Source: Dehalococcoidia bacterium (GTDB lineage Bacteria; Chloroflexota; Dehalococcoidia; DSTF01; JALHUB01). From it: a stretch of DNA of 64,000 nt. The notes under the pieces were generated by a model that searched no databases, was not told the origin of the DNA, and was given only the letters and a program-made list of their open reading frames with translations. The stretch is from assembly GCA_030018455.1 (NCBI GenBank), contig JASEFU010000002.1, positions 269,480 through 333,479 of the forward strand. The letters run 5' to 3'. A program made the position numbers and the translations under genes. Of the stretch, positions 50,211-58,950 are shown in pieces. Numbering within the stretch: the stretch's first letter is position 1; each line of letters opens with the position of its first letter.

Positions 50211-50936
50211 ATGAGAGGATTCCGTCCGTTACTGGGGTTGGCGCTGCTCTTCACCACTCCGGCGCTCCTCCTTCTGGCCTGCGATACGGCGGAGGCGCCG
50301 CCTTCCACCGTCACTCCCGAAACGCCGACGCCACAAGCGACGCCGGGAGAGGCGGCGATCACCATCGATTTCCCCGCTGAAGGCGAGACTGTGACGTCGC
50401 CGGTCGAGGTCTTGGGCACCGCCAGCGTCTTCGAGGCGACGCTGTTCGTGGGCGTGAGGGACTTGGACGGCAGGACGCTCTGCGAGGTCGTCACGATGGC
50501 GAGCGAGGGCGCGCCCGGTAGAGGCGACTTCTCCGTCAGCCTGGGCCTCGTCCCGCCGGACGAGGAGACGGACGCCGAGGTAATCGCTTACACCCGCAGT
50601 CCGAAAGACGGCAGCATCCAGGACGAAGTGATCGTGCCCGTTACCCTCTCTGCGGAGGCGCCGCCCGTGGTGGTCACGTCGCCGAGGTGCGGCCAGGAGG
50701 TGACGAGCCCCGTTCTCGTCGAGGGCTCCGCTGGTCCGGGAGCGGACGTCGAAATCGTTGTAGGCGGGCTGTTCGGCGGCGAGCTGGGGCGGGCCACGCT
50801 TCAGACGGACGCCCAGGGCAACTTCTCGGGCGAGGTGGAACTCCAGATCGACCAGGCGCAGACGGGCGTAGTCGAGGCGTCGCTGGCGGGCGATGCGACG
50901 ACGCTTTTCCCTGTGCCGGTCGTGCTCACTCCCTGA
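50211..50936 (+). CDS. Lipoprotein with two Ig-like (Gmad2/GerMN-like) repeats
   Basis: Lipobox LLLACD. Two similar beta-rich modules (TIDFPAEGETVTSPVEVLGTASVFEATL... / VVTSPRCGQEVTSPVLVEGSAG...). Confidence 0.55.
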   Translation: MRGFRPLLGLALLFTTPALLLLACDTAEAPPSTVTPETPTPQATPGEAAITIDFPAEGETVTSPVEVLGTASVFEATLFVGVRDLDGRTLCEVVTMASEGAPGRGDFSVSLGLVPPDEETDAEVIAYTRSPKDGSIQDEVIVPVTLSAEAPPVVVTSPRCGQEVTSPVLVEGSAGPGADVEIVVGGLFGGELGRATLQTDAQGNFSGEVELQIDQAQTGVVEASLAGDATTLFPVPVVLTP

Positions 50937-51762
50937 CGCCGCGGTCTCTCACGCGGACGGGCGTTCCCACACGCGCCCCAAGCGCCGCTGCCGCGTCCCC
51001 CTGCGTGACCGCGACCTCCAGGTAGCCGCCGCTGCCGATGAGGGCGACAAGTCTTCCCTTCTCAAGGCCGTACGTCGCGCTCAGGCCGTCGATCCTTCTG
51101 CCCGCGATCTCCACGCGCACAGGGCCGCGCGCGAGGTCGCTTCCGCGAACGTCCGTCACCAGGTTGCCGAAGCGGTCGATGTGGACGACCCTGCCCGCAA
51201 GCGCGCCGTCCGCGTCCCTGCTCGCCCTGAACGGCGGCAGGGAGACGAGCGAGCGTATGGGATCGCCCAGTTCCTCCAGCGGGACGCCGAGGGTCAGGCG
51301 GGCGGCAGCGGGCGCGAAGATGTCGCGGCCGTGAAACGTGCGGCTTATCTCTCCCCGTCCTAGCCTCTCGGGTCTGATGGCGACGGCGCGGAATCCCTCA
51401 GGGAGAGCGACCTCCCCCGCTTTGCGCGCATCCTCCGGGAGGGCGACGGCGAGGACACCGTTGTCCGGCCCCACCAAGAAGCCGGCCGGCGACGCGACGA
51501 CCAGCGGCCGCCGCCCGGTGCCCACGCCAGGGTCCACCACCACGATATGCACCGTCCCCTTCGGAAAGTAGGGGATTGCCGCCTCGAGCACGAAGACGGC
51601 TTCCTCGATTTCCTGCGGAGGGATGTCGTGGGTGAGGTCTACGATTGTGGCGGCGGGATTGACGCTGAGGATGACCCCTTTCATCGCCGCCACGTAGGGG
51701 TCGGAGAGGCCGAAGTCGGAGGTGAGGGTGACGATGGGCGGCGCTTCCAACGCGTCCCTCAC
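50926..51762 (-). CDS. SAM hydroxide adenosyltransferase (DUF62; fluorinase/chlorinase-like family)
   Basis: IVTLTSDFGLSDPYVAAMKGVI...HIVVVDPGVGT... is conserved in the SAM hydrolase family. Confidence 0.8.
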   Translation of the reverse strand: MRDALEAPPIVTLTSDFGLSDPYVAAMKGVILSVNPAATIVDLTHDIPPQEIEEAVFVLEAAIPYFPKGTVHIVVVDPGVGTGRRPLVVASPAGFLVGPDNGVLAVALPEDARKAGEVALPEGFRAVAIRPERLGRGEISRTFHGRDIFAPAAARLTLGVPLEELGDPIRSLVSLPPFRASRDADGALAGRVVHIDRFGNLVTDVRGSDLARGPVRVEIAGRRIDGLSATYGLEKGRLVALIGSGGYLEVAVTQGDAAAALGARVGTPVRVRDRGVRE

Positions 51763-51765
51763 GTC

Positions 51766-53385
51766 TTAGCGGCCGCTTGCCGGCAGGCCGAGGATGGCCG
51801 AGAAGCGGGAACCGCTATCGAAGAGGACGGGCGCTTCCGCGGGTCGAAACCGGTCGTCCGTGACGTAGGTGTAGGTGTTGTGGAACAGCGGCACACTGGG
51901 CACATTGCGGGCGAATATCTCCTGGAAGACGCGGTACAGGGCGCTACGCCGGGTCGGATCGTCGGTCAGGCGGCCGTCTTCCAGCACCTCGTCCGCCTGC
52001 GCGTCGACGAAGCCGGCGAGGTTGCCCTTCTCGCCGCCGATCTGTGTGCTGTGCCAGGTGGGATAGGGATCGGGGTCGAGGCCGGCGTCAAAGCCGTAGA
52101 TGGCAGCGTTGAAGTTGCGGGGCATTAGGGTCTCCCGAAGGAGGACCGTCGCCTTCTGCGTGCGCACCGTCGCCTTCACGCCCAGTATCGCCCAGGAGCG
52201 CGCCAACTCCTCCGCGATGGCGATACGCGACCGCTCCTCGTTGGTCACGAGGTCGAACTCCATCGCCTGTCCTGCCTTCTCGCGTATCCCGAAGATGTTC
52301 AACTGCCATCCTGCCTCGTCGAGCAGCCTCGACGCCTCGAATACGTCGAAATCGTAGCGCTCGAGCGCCGGATAGTAGGCCCACGTTCCCGCGGGTATCG
52401 GGCTGTCGGCGCGGACGGCCTGTCCGTCCAGAAAGTTGGCGATGATCTTCTCCTTGTCGATAGCCAGGGCCAGGGCCTGCCGGACGCGCTCATCGGCAAA
52501 GAGCGGCGAGCTGTTGTTCAGGTAGAGAATGGTGTAAGTGGTGGAAGTGAGGTCATGCACCTGCCAGCGCTTCTCGTTTTGCAGGTATAACTTGTCTTCG
52601 ATACTTAAGGGCGAGCGGAAGAAGGCGCCGTCGATCTCGCCCTCGCGCAGGGCGAGCAGGAGCCGCGGCTCGTTGAGAAAGAACCGCATCTCAAGGTGCC
52701 CGATTGCCGGCTCGCCGAGATAGTGGCCGGGGACGCTTTCGAGCACTGCCCGCTCTTTCGTCATCTCCAGCAGACGGAAGGGCCCTGTGCCCACCGGTTG
52801 CTGGTTGAAGGGGGCGTTGTAGAGGTCTTCGGCGCTCAGCCCTTTCAGAAGATGTTCCGGCAACAAGCCTATCGACGCGTAGGCGAGAAAGGGCGCGAAC
52901 GGCTGCGCGAGAGTGATATCGACGGTGGAGTCGTCGAGTTTCTCCACGGAGACACTACGAAAGAGATCGGCGAGAAAGGAAGGACCGCGGTACTCCGGGT
53001 CCTGGAGCAACCCGACGGTGAAGACGACGTCGTCGGCGGTGAAAGGGTGGCCGTCGTGCCAGGTGACGCCCCGGCGGAGATGGAAGGTGTACGTCTTATT
53101 GTTGGCGCTGATGTCCCAGCTCTCAGCAAGGCCGGGCAGGACGTCGCCTTTGGGGCCGAGACGGGTGAGGCCGGAGAACACGAGTGAGGCAAGGTCGGTG
53201 TCGACGGCGTTGAGCGGGGCGAAGAGGGGGTTTACGCGGCTGGGCGCGCCCGCCGTGCCCTCGATGTAGACGCCGGCTGCCGCCGGTTCTCTGATGCGGG
53301 GCGGGTGCGAAGCGGTGTACCACAGCCCGCCCAGCGCCGCTACGCTGAAGGCGAGGATTGCAGGAAGAAGCCAGCGGGAACCCAC
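51766..53385 (-). CDS. ABC transporter substrate-binding protein, peptide/nickel family 5 (orphan in this window)
   Basis: ...VFSGLTRLGPKGDVLPGLAESWDISANNKTYTFHLRRGVTWHDGHPFTADDVVFT... is typical of family 5 SBPs. Signal/TM anchor at the N-terminus. Confidence 0.85.
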   Translation of the reverse strand: MGSRWLLPAILAFSVAALGGLWYTASHPPRIREPAAAGVYIEGTAGAPSRVNPLFAPLNAVDTDLASLVFSGLTRLGPKGDVLPGLAESWDISANNKTYTFHLRRGVTWHDGHPFTADDVVFTVGLLQDPEYRGPSFLADLFRSVSVEKLDDSTVDITLAQPFAPFLAYASIGLLPEHLLKGLSAEDLYNAPFNQQPVGTGPFRLLEMTKERAVLESVPGHYLGEPAIGHLEMRFFLNEPRLLLALREGEIDGAFFRSPLSIEDKLYLQNEKRWQVHDLTSTTYTILYLNNSSPLFADERVRQALALAIDKEKIIANFLDGQAVRADSPIPAGTWAYYPALERYDFDVFEASRLLDEAGWQLNIFGIREKAGQAMEFDLVTNEERSRIAIAEELARSWAILGVKATVRTQKATVLLRETLMPRNFNAAIYGFDAGLDPDPYPTWHSTQIGGEKGNLAGFVDAQADEVLEDGRLTDDPTRRSALYRVFQEIFARNVPSVPLFHNTYTYVTDDRFRPAEAPVLFDSGSRFSAILGLPASGR

Positions 53386-53429
53386 ATCACTTGCCTTGGT
53401 GAGGCGCTGGAAGCGTCAGGGCTCGTACT

Positions 53430-53651
53430 TCAAGAGGCGGTAACGCTCCACATGGAGATGAGGATGAAGACGGCCGCGAGAACGATGGTCAATTGAAAAA
53501 GCGTCTTTTCGACGCCGCGGCGCGTCCGGAAGACCGACTGCGTCCCCAACTCTCCAAAGCCGGAACCGCGCACCTGCAGCAGGATCACCACGATGAGGAC
53601 GGCAGAGATGATGATCTGAATAACGTTGAGATAAGTGATGCCTATGTTCAT
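53430..53651 (-). CDS. secG: Preprotein translocase subunit SecG
   Basis: 73 aa with two TM helices and the LLQVRGSGFG-type Gly-rich loop. Confidence 0.8.
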   Translation of the reverse strand: MNIGITYLNVIQIIISAVLIVVILLQVRGSGFGELGTQSVFRTRRGVEKTLFQLTIVLAAVFILISMWSVTAS

Positions 53652-53677
53652 GCTTTGTTCATTCTAACCGAAACCGG

Positions 53678-55036
53678 TCACGCAGTCACGCCCTCTGTCG
53701 CCGCTTCCGATATCATCTGCTCGATCTGGTGTCGCTCGTAGTAGAGGTGCACCAGCGCGTCCGCCAGCTTCTTCGGATCGTGGTGGTAGCGGTTGTCCTC
53801 GCTCACCACGTCGGCGGTGACGATGCGTACACCGTTGATGAGCGCACTGTCCGAAACGACGGGCTGCGAATGCGCTCCTTCCGGCAGGCGGCCCTTCACG
53901 TTGCTGTTGGCGAGCACGTAGTGGAAGAGGTCGCCGCCGATATGGCGCTCGAGTATCCGGTAGTGGTCGCCCACTGTAAACCCGTCGGTCTCGCCGTGCT
54001 GTGTGGCCACGTTGCAGACGTACACTTTCAGCGCCGGCGACACCTGGATGGCGCGCCGCACTCCCTCGACGAGGAGGTTGGGGAGCACGCTGGTGAAGAG
54101 ACTGCCCGGCCCCACGACCACGAGGTCGGCGTTGAGCACGGCCCTGACCGCCTCCGGGTTGGCCTCGGCGTTCCCAGGCTGCAGGAACACTTCGCGGATG
54201 CGGCTGGGGCTGTCGGTGATGTTCGACTCGCCGTGGATCTCTTCTTCGTCCTCTGTGTGGGCGCAGAGCGTGACGTTGGCGAGCGTGGAGGGCAGGATCT
54301 GGCCGCGGACAGCGAGGACGCGGCTGGTCTCGCGCACCGCCTCTTCGAAGTTGCCGATCACGCCGGACATGGCGACGATGAACAGGTTGCCGAAGCTGTG
54401 CCCCTCGAGCCCTGAGCCGTCGCGGAAGCGGTACTGGAAGAGACGCGTCATGAGCGGCTCGGCGTCGGCGAGGGCAGCGATGCAGTTGCGGACGTCGCCC
54501 GGCGGGAGAATGCCCAGCTCGCGGCGCAGGCGGCCGGAGCTGCCGCCGTCGTCGGCGACAGTGACTATCGCCGTGAGGTTGCCCGTGTACTCCTTGAGGC
54601 CGCGCAGCAGCGTCGAGAGGCCGGTCCCGCCGCCGATGGCGACGATCTTCGGGCCGCGGTTAAGGTAGCGGTAGTTGTAGAGGATGTTCACCAGACTTTC
54701 GTCGCGCCCCGGCCGTACAAAGGCGGAGAGGAGGGACCGGTTCAATTTCCAGATGGAGAGAAGGATGATGCCGACGCTTCCGCAGATGAACATGGCTCCT
54801 CTGAGCCAGCGGGGCAGGAACTGGAGGGTGATGTAATAGACGAAATCGGGGAAGGTATAGGAGACGTAGGCCTCGCGCAGCAGGTACGAGAAACCGAGGC
54901 CCATTATCGCCACGCCCACGAGCAGCAGCAGCAGCCACCGCTTTATGTGCATGCCGAAGTAGAACCACTTTATAAAGTTGCTCTGCCGGAGGGCCCGCAT
55001 TTCCCGTATTATGCTAAACAAGAGAGGGAGGGGCAA
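53678..55036 (-). CDS. yvcK: YvcK/CofD-family (UPF0052, gluconeogenesis factor-like) protein with an about 125-aa N-terminal membrane extension
   Basis: KIVAIGGGTGLSTLLRGLK...VTVADDGGSSGRLR... is the YvcK core. The N-terminal 125 aa contain about 3 hydrophobic helices. Confidence 0.8.
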   Translation of the reverse strand: MPLPLLFSIIREMRALRQSNFIKWFYFGMHIKRWLLLLLVGVAIMGLGFSYLLREAYVSYTFPDFVYYITLQFLPRWLRGAMFICGSVGIILLSIWKLNRSLLSAFVRPGRDESLVNILYNYRYLNRGPKIVAIGGGTGLSTLLRGLKEYTGNLTAIVTVADDGGSSGRLRRELGILPPGDVRNCIAALADAEPLMTRLFQYRFRDGSGLEGHSFGNLFIVAMSGVIGNFEEAVRETSRVLAVRGQILPSTLANVTLCAHTEDEEEIHGESNITDSPSRIREVFLQPGNAEANPEAVRAVLNADLVVVGPGSLFTSVLPNLLVEGVRRAIQVSPALKVYVCNVATQHGETDGFTVGDHYRILERHIGGDLFHYVLANSNVKGRLPEGAHSQPVVSDSALINGVRIVTADVVSEDNRYHHDPKKLADALVHLYYERHQIEQMISEAATEGVTA

Positions 55037-55041
55037 ACTTC

Positions 55042-56532
55042 CTACGCCTGCCCCAGGCGTTCTCTCAGCAGGCTGTTCACCAGATCAGCGTTCGCGCGAC
55101 CCTTCGTCTCCCTCATGACCTGCCCGACAAGGAAGCGGACCGCTTCCGTCTTCCCCGACCGGTAGTCCTGGACAGCTTTCGGATTGGCCTCCAGTATTCT
55201 GTCCACTATAGTCGAGATTTCGTCGGCGCCGCTGATCTGTGTGAGGCCCAGCTCTTCCACCAGCACGCGCGGGCTCTTGCCCGTCTCAAACATCTTCTCA
55301 AAGACGGTCTTGGCGCTCCTTCCGCTAATGGTGCCGTCTTCGACCAGGGTAATCATATCATAAAGGTCTTGCGGTTCAATCTTGGACTGATCGATTTCGA
55401 TTCCAAGAGAATTGAGCAGGTGCATGAAATCGCCGAGTATCCAGTTGGTCAGCGACTTTGCGCGTCGTCGCAGCGTTTCCGGCGGAGCGTCCTTGAGTGG
55501 CGCCAGCGCCGCGTCCAGATAATCGGCGCGCGGCCGCGTTTCCGTCAGCAGGCCCGCTTCGTACTCGGTGAGGCCATACTGCTGCATGAAGCGCTGCTTG
55601 CGGGCGTCGGGCAGCTCCGGCAGGCGGGTGCGGATTGCCTCGACATAATCGCGATCGAGCCGCAGCGGTGGTAAATCGGGCTCAGGGAAGTAGCGGTAGT
55701 CGTGGGCGTACTCCTTGGTGCGCTGCGGCACCGTCTTCCCCTGCTCCTCCAGCCAGCCGCGCGTCTCCTGGGGCAGGCGCCGGCCCCTCTGGAGAAGCTC
55801 GCGTTGCCTCTCCACCTCGAAGCTGAGGGCGCGGAAGACGGCGCGAAAGCTGTTCATGTTCTTGACTTCGACCTTGGCGCCGAGCTCGGTCTCCCCCACG
55901 GGACGGAGGCTGATGTTGGCGTCGCATCGGAAGCTGCCCTCTTCCATGTTGGCGGTGCTCACGCCGATGTAGCGCAGGATCTGTCGCAGCTTCACCAGAT
56001 ACTGCCGCGCCTCTTCCGGGGAGCGCATGTCCGGCTCGGAGACGATCTCCATCAGGGGCACGCCGGCGCGGTTAACGTCGATGAGGCTGTAGGTCTCGCC
56101 CGCTTCGTTCTGGCGGTGCAGCAGCTTCGCCACGTCCTCTTCGAGGTGGACGCGGGTGATCCCGATGCGCTTGCGGCCGCCGTCGAGGTCGATTTCGAGC
56201 CAGCCGTTGCGAGAGAGGGGCATATCGTACTGGGAGATCTGGTACCCCTTCATGAGATCGGGGTAGGGGTAGTTCTTTCGGTCGAACTTGGAGTACTCGG
56301 GGATTTCGCAGTTGAGGGCGAGGGCGGTCATGATGGTGTACTCGACCGCCTGCTGGTTGATGACGGGCAGGACGCCCGGCATGCCGAGGCAGATGGGGCA
56401 GACGTGCGTATTGGGGGGTGAGTCGGCGTAGTCGGCGCTGCAGCGGCAGTACATTTTGCTTCGTGTGGAGAGTTGTACGTGCACCTCCAGCCCGATCACC
56501 GTCTCGTACTCAACCTGCGTTTTGGTCGTCAC
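55042..56532 (-). CDS. gatB: Asp-tRNA(Asn)/Glu-tRNA(Gln) amidotransferase subunit B
   Basis: ...YETVIGLEVHVQL...CPICLGMPGVLPV... Start is set at the GTG at 56532 (MTTKTQVEYE...). The upstream extension is rejected. Confidence 0.88.
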   Translation of the reverse strand: MTTKTQVEYETVIGLEVHVQLSTRSKMYCRCSADYADSPPNTHVCPICLGMPGVLPVINQQAVEYTIMTALALNCEIPEYSKFDRKNYPYPDLMKGYQISQYDMPLSRNGWLEIDLDGGRKRIGITRVHLEEDVAKLLHRQNEAGETYSLIDVNRAGVPLMEIVSEPDMRSPEEARQYLVKLRQILRYIGVSTANMEEGSFRCDANISLRPVGETELGAKVEVKNMNSFRAVFRALSFEVERQRELLQRGRRLPQETRGWLEEQGKTVPQRTKEYAHDYRYFPEPDLPPLRLDRDYVEAIRTRLPELPDARKQRFMQQYGLTEYEAGLLTETRPRADYLDAALAPLKDAPPETLRRRAKSLTNWILGDFMHLLNSLGIEIDQSKIEPQDLYDMITLVEDGTISGRSAKTVFEKMFETGKSPRVLVEELGLTQISGADEISTIVDRILEANPKAVQDYRSGKTEAVRFLVGQVMRETKGRANADLVNSLLRERLGQA

Positions 56533-56584
56533 TGTCGTTAGCTGCCTTTCGTCCCCGGCGTCAGGTAGTGTGATACCGGCGCAC

Positions 56585-56724
56585 TGGTGCCGGGGGTGGG
56601 AATCGAACCCACCCGCCTGCCGGCAGGCAGGCAAGCCGCGAGGCCAGCGGATTCTAAGTCCGCCGCGCCCGCCTGCCTGCATCCAGGTCTGCGAATTCCG
56701 CCATCCCGGTTCGCTTGTGCCTTT
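56585..56724 (-). pseudogene. Degenerate tRNA-Leu-like module (copy 1). The acceptor stem is broken (A1/A7 opposite C72/C66), the anticodon loop CTTAGAA gives UAG, and the D-loop and variable-arm insertions are GC-rich.
   Basis: It shares the exact 28-nt 3' end, anticodon stem and variable-arm base with tRNA-Leu(UAA) at 57181-57267. About 31 nt are inserted in the D-loop and about 22 nt in the variable arm (GCAGGCAGGCGGG motifs). Confidence 0.6.
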
Positions 56725-56859
56725 CTAAGAAAAAACCTTCCGGCTCGGCGGTTTGTGGTGAACGCGAGAGCCCGTCTCCAAACGCTCACGTCCCCAGCCG
56801 GTGAGGCCGACATAGAGTCCACCGTCGCGCAGGCTCCTGAGCACGTACACGTAAAACAT
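56725..56859 (-). pseudogene. Truncated GIY-YIG nuclease-like ORF (44 codons; UPF0213/YhbQ-like N-terminal motif only), copy 1
   Basis: MFYVYVLRSLRDGGLYVGLTGWGRERLETGSRVHH... matches the GIY-x10-YIG plus Arg motif. It lacks the downstream catalytic Glu region, so it is a fragment. Confidence 0.55.
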
Positions 56860-56882
56860 GTTGCCTGCGTTCTCAGCACGAT

Positions 56883-57022
56883 TGGTGCCGGGGGTGGGAA
56901 TCGAACCCACCCGCCTGCCGGCAGGCAGGCAAGCCGCGAGGCCAGCGGATTCTAAGTCCGCCGCGCCCGCCTGCCTGCATCCAGGTCTGCGAATTCCGCC
57001 ATCCCGGTTCGCTTGTGCCTTT
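56883..57022 (-). pseudogene. Degenerate tRNA-Leu-like module (copy 2)
   Basis: Identical to copy 1. Confidence 0.6.
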
Positions 57023-57157
57023 CTAAGAAAAAACCTTCCGGCTCGGCGGTTTGTGGTGAACGCGAGAGCCCGTCTCCAAACGCTCACGTCCCCAGCCGGT
57101 GAGGCCGACATAGAGTCCACCGTCGCGCAGGCTCCTGAGCACGTACACGTAAAACAT
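57023..57157 (-). pseudogene. Truncated GIY-YIG nuclease-like ORF, copy 2
   Basis: Identical to copy 1. The ORF-track 61-aa version extends spuriously into the tRNA-Leu. Confidence 0.55.
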
Positions 57158-57180
57158 GTTGCCTGCGTTCTCAGCACGAT

Positions 57181-57267
57181 TGGTGCCGGGGGTGGGAATC
57201 GAACCCACAAGGCCGCGAGGCCAGCGGATTTTAAGTCCGCCGCGTTTACCGGTTTCGCCACCCCGGC
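57181..57267 (-). tRNA. tRNA-Leu (anticodon UAA), 87 nt including the encoded CCA
   Basis: GCCGGGGTGGCGAAACCGGTAAACGCGGCGGACTTAAAATCCGCTGGCCTCGCGGCCTTGTGGGTTCGATTCCCACCCCCGGCACCA. Acceptor stem 7 of 7, anticodon stem GCGGA/TCCGC, loop CUUAAAA, long variable arm, T-loop TTCGATT. Confidence 0.85.
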
Positions 57268-57332
57268 ACAGATTCCGATTAGATGGGAAAGGCCCAGACC
57301 GCGTCGGCGGTGCTGAGCCATCATCTCGGTTT

Positions 57333-57406
<74 letters not shown>

Positions 57407-57424
57407 GCACGTCTTCCTTTGCGC

Positions 57425-57509
57425 TGGTGCCGAGGAGGGGATTTGAACCCCTACGCCCGAAGGCACGGCCCCCTCAAGACCGCGTGTCTGCCTATTCCAC
57501 CACCTCGGC
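57425..57509 (-). tRNA. tRNA-Leu (anticodon GAG), 85 nt with encoded CCA
   Basis: GCCGAGGTGGTGGAATAGGCAGACACGCGGTCTTGAGGGGGCCGTGCCTTCGGGCGTAGGGGTTCAAATCCCCTCCTCGGCACCA. Long variable arm, loop UUGAGGG. Confidence 0.8.
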
Positions 57510-57529
57510 CGCCGCTATTCCTGGATTGT

Positions 57530-57606
57530 TGGCAGGAGTGGAGGGATTCGAACCCCCGACCGGCGGTTTTGGAGACCGCTGCTCTGCCAGACTGAGCTAC
57601 ACTCCT
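57530..57606 (-). tRNA. tRNA-Trp (anticodon CCA), 77 nt with encoded CCA
   Basis: AGGAGTGTAGCTCAGTCTGGCAGAGCAGCGGTCTCCAAAACCGCCGGTCGGGGGTTCGAATCCCTCCACTCCTGCCA. Anticodon loop CUCCAAA. Confidence 0.85.
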
Positions 57607-57673
57607 ACCCCGGATCGCAGTATAGCAAGCGCTCCCAGGCGCGTCAAGGCGATATGGCGTGTGCGCGTGTCTG

Positions 57674-58777
57674 CTACCCGCTTGCCGCCGCCTCGACAAT
57701 CGGTCGCAGGAAATCGGCGTCGCTCCAGCCTTCGTCGTCGCCCTCGCCCAGCCGCACGGCGACGATGTCCAGGCTTGGGATCACGTAAATGCGCTTCGTC
57801 TGGAAGCCCATCGCCATAAACGCGTCCTCAGGCACTCCCGGGAAGTCCCACAGCCACCAGTACAGGCCGTAGTTCGGGTTCTCCATTTGCGACGGCCGGA
57901 CCGACGCCTCCACCCAGCTCTCCGGCACGACCTGCTCGTCCCCCCACTTGCCGTCGCGCAGGAACAGGTACCCGAAGCGCGCGAAGTCCCTCGCCGTGGC
58001 GAAGACGCAGCAAAACGTTAACGGCTGGCCGAGCGTGTCGGTCTTCCAGTCGGCGCTCTCGATGCCGATGGGCCCGAAAAGCGCCTCCTCAGCGTACGCG
58101 GCGGCGTTCATGCCCGTGGCCGCTTCCAGAATGCGCGCCCAGCTCTGGGCGTCGCCGTCGGAGTAGTACCAGTCGGAGCCGGGCTCGCGGTAGAGCGGAC
58201 GGCTGATGGCGTAGCCCGCGGCGTCGTCACTGCGCAGCATGTTGATCGTGTCGCCGGTTGGCGGGTCGTATATCATGCTCCAGGAGAGGCCGGAGGACAT
58301 CGACAGCAGGTGCCCCAGGGTAATCTTCTCCCTATCCGTTCCCCGCCACTCGGGGATGAAGTCGACGGCGGGCTGGCCCAGCCCTTCGATCTTCCCTTCG
58401 GCGATGGCGATGCCCACAAGCGCGCTGGTGATGCTCTTGGCCATCGACCAGCTATTGTCGGTGGAGTCCTTGTCCCAGCCGTCCCAATAACGCTCCCACA
58501 CGATGCGCCCGTGCCGGACGATTACGACGGCGCGGCAGCCGTGCTCGTCGCAGTAGTCGGCCACCCCGTCCAGCCTGTCGCCGTCCATGCCCTCCGTCTC
58601 CGGCTCCGAAGTCTCCCAGTCGTCGGCGGGCCACGTGATCGAGTACGCGGGCGTAGTGGCGGTAGCGGCGGCCGGCGCCGTCGACTCGTCCTCGTTGTCG
58701 CTGCAGGCTGCGAACAAGATAAGTGCAAGGACGGGGAGAAACAGCAGGGCCAGTCGGGACGCTTTCGGCCGTATCAT
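57674..58777 (-). CDS. Beta-lactamase-fold serine hydrolase lipoprotein (class C beta-lactamase / PBP4-like family)
   Basis: Lipobox LFAACSD. The SxxK motif (SWSMAKS) comes early in the mature domain. Overall length is typical of esterase/beta-lactamase family proteins. Confidence 0.75.
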   Translation of the reverse strand: MIRPKASRLALLFLPVLALILFAACSDNEDESTAPAAATATTPAYSITWPADDWETSEPETEGMDGDRLDGVADYCDEHGCRAVVIVRHGRIVWERYWDGWDKDSTDNSWSMAKSITSALVGIAIAEGKIEGLGQPAVDFIPEWRGTDREKITLGHLLSMSSGLSWSMIYDPPTGDTINMLRSDDAAGYAISRPLYREPGSDWYYSDGDAQSWARILEAATGMNAAAYAEEALFGPIGIESADWKTDTLGQPLTFCCVFATARDFARFGYLFLRDGKWGDEQVVPESWVEASVRPSQMENPNYGLYWWLWDFPGVPEDAFMAMGFQTKRIYVIPSLDIVAVRLGEGDDEGWSDADFLRPIVEAAASG

Positions 58778-58950
58778 CGATATCCTCCTCAGGAAGCCCG
58801 GCGCGGGACGGGGGGCGAGACTTGCCGTCTGGGAGGAGCATAGGCGCGTGTGGGCGACGGGTCAAGACGAAGAAAGGGGCGCAAGCAGGGCCCGTGAAAG
58901 GATGCTTGCGCCCAAACGCTTGCAGGAAGACCGCCTGCGCCGGCTGAGGG

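Larger units (their letters stand above)
56585..57180 (-). repeat. Perfect tandem duplication of a 298-bp unit (copy 1 56585-56882, copy 2 56883-57180) directly downstream of tRNA-Leu(UAA)
   Basis: The two copies are identical by direct comparison. Each begins, in gene orientation, right after a CCA end and ends with ...GGGTTCGATTCCCACCCCCGGCACCA. Confidence 0.9.

Noticed and set aside
49154-50494. 446-aa version of the fmt ORF
   Set aside because: The Fmt core starts at VRIVFMGTPAF. The GTG at 50104 has a perfect GGAGG RBS 4 nt upstream. The 130-codon extension is Ser/Val/Pro-rich with no similarity.
56538-57324. Minus-strand ORFs of 113, 199 and 61 aa spanning the tRNA-Leu and the tandem repeats
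   Set aside because: They read through tRNA and tRNA-like sequence. Only the 44-codon GIY-YIG-like core starting at MFYVYV has protein-like signal. It is annotated separately as a fragment.
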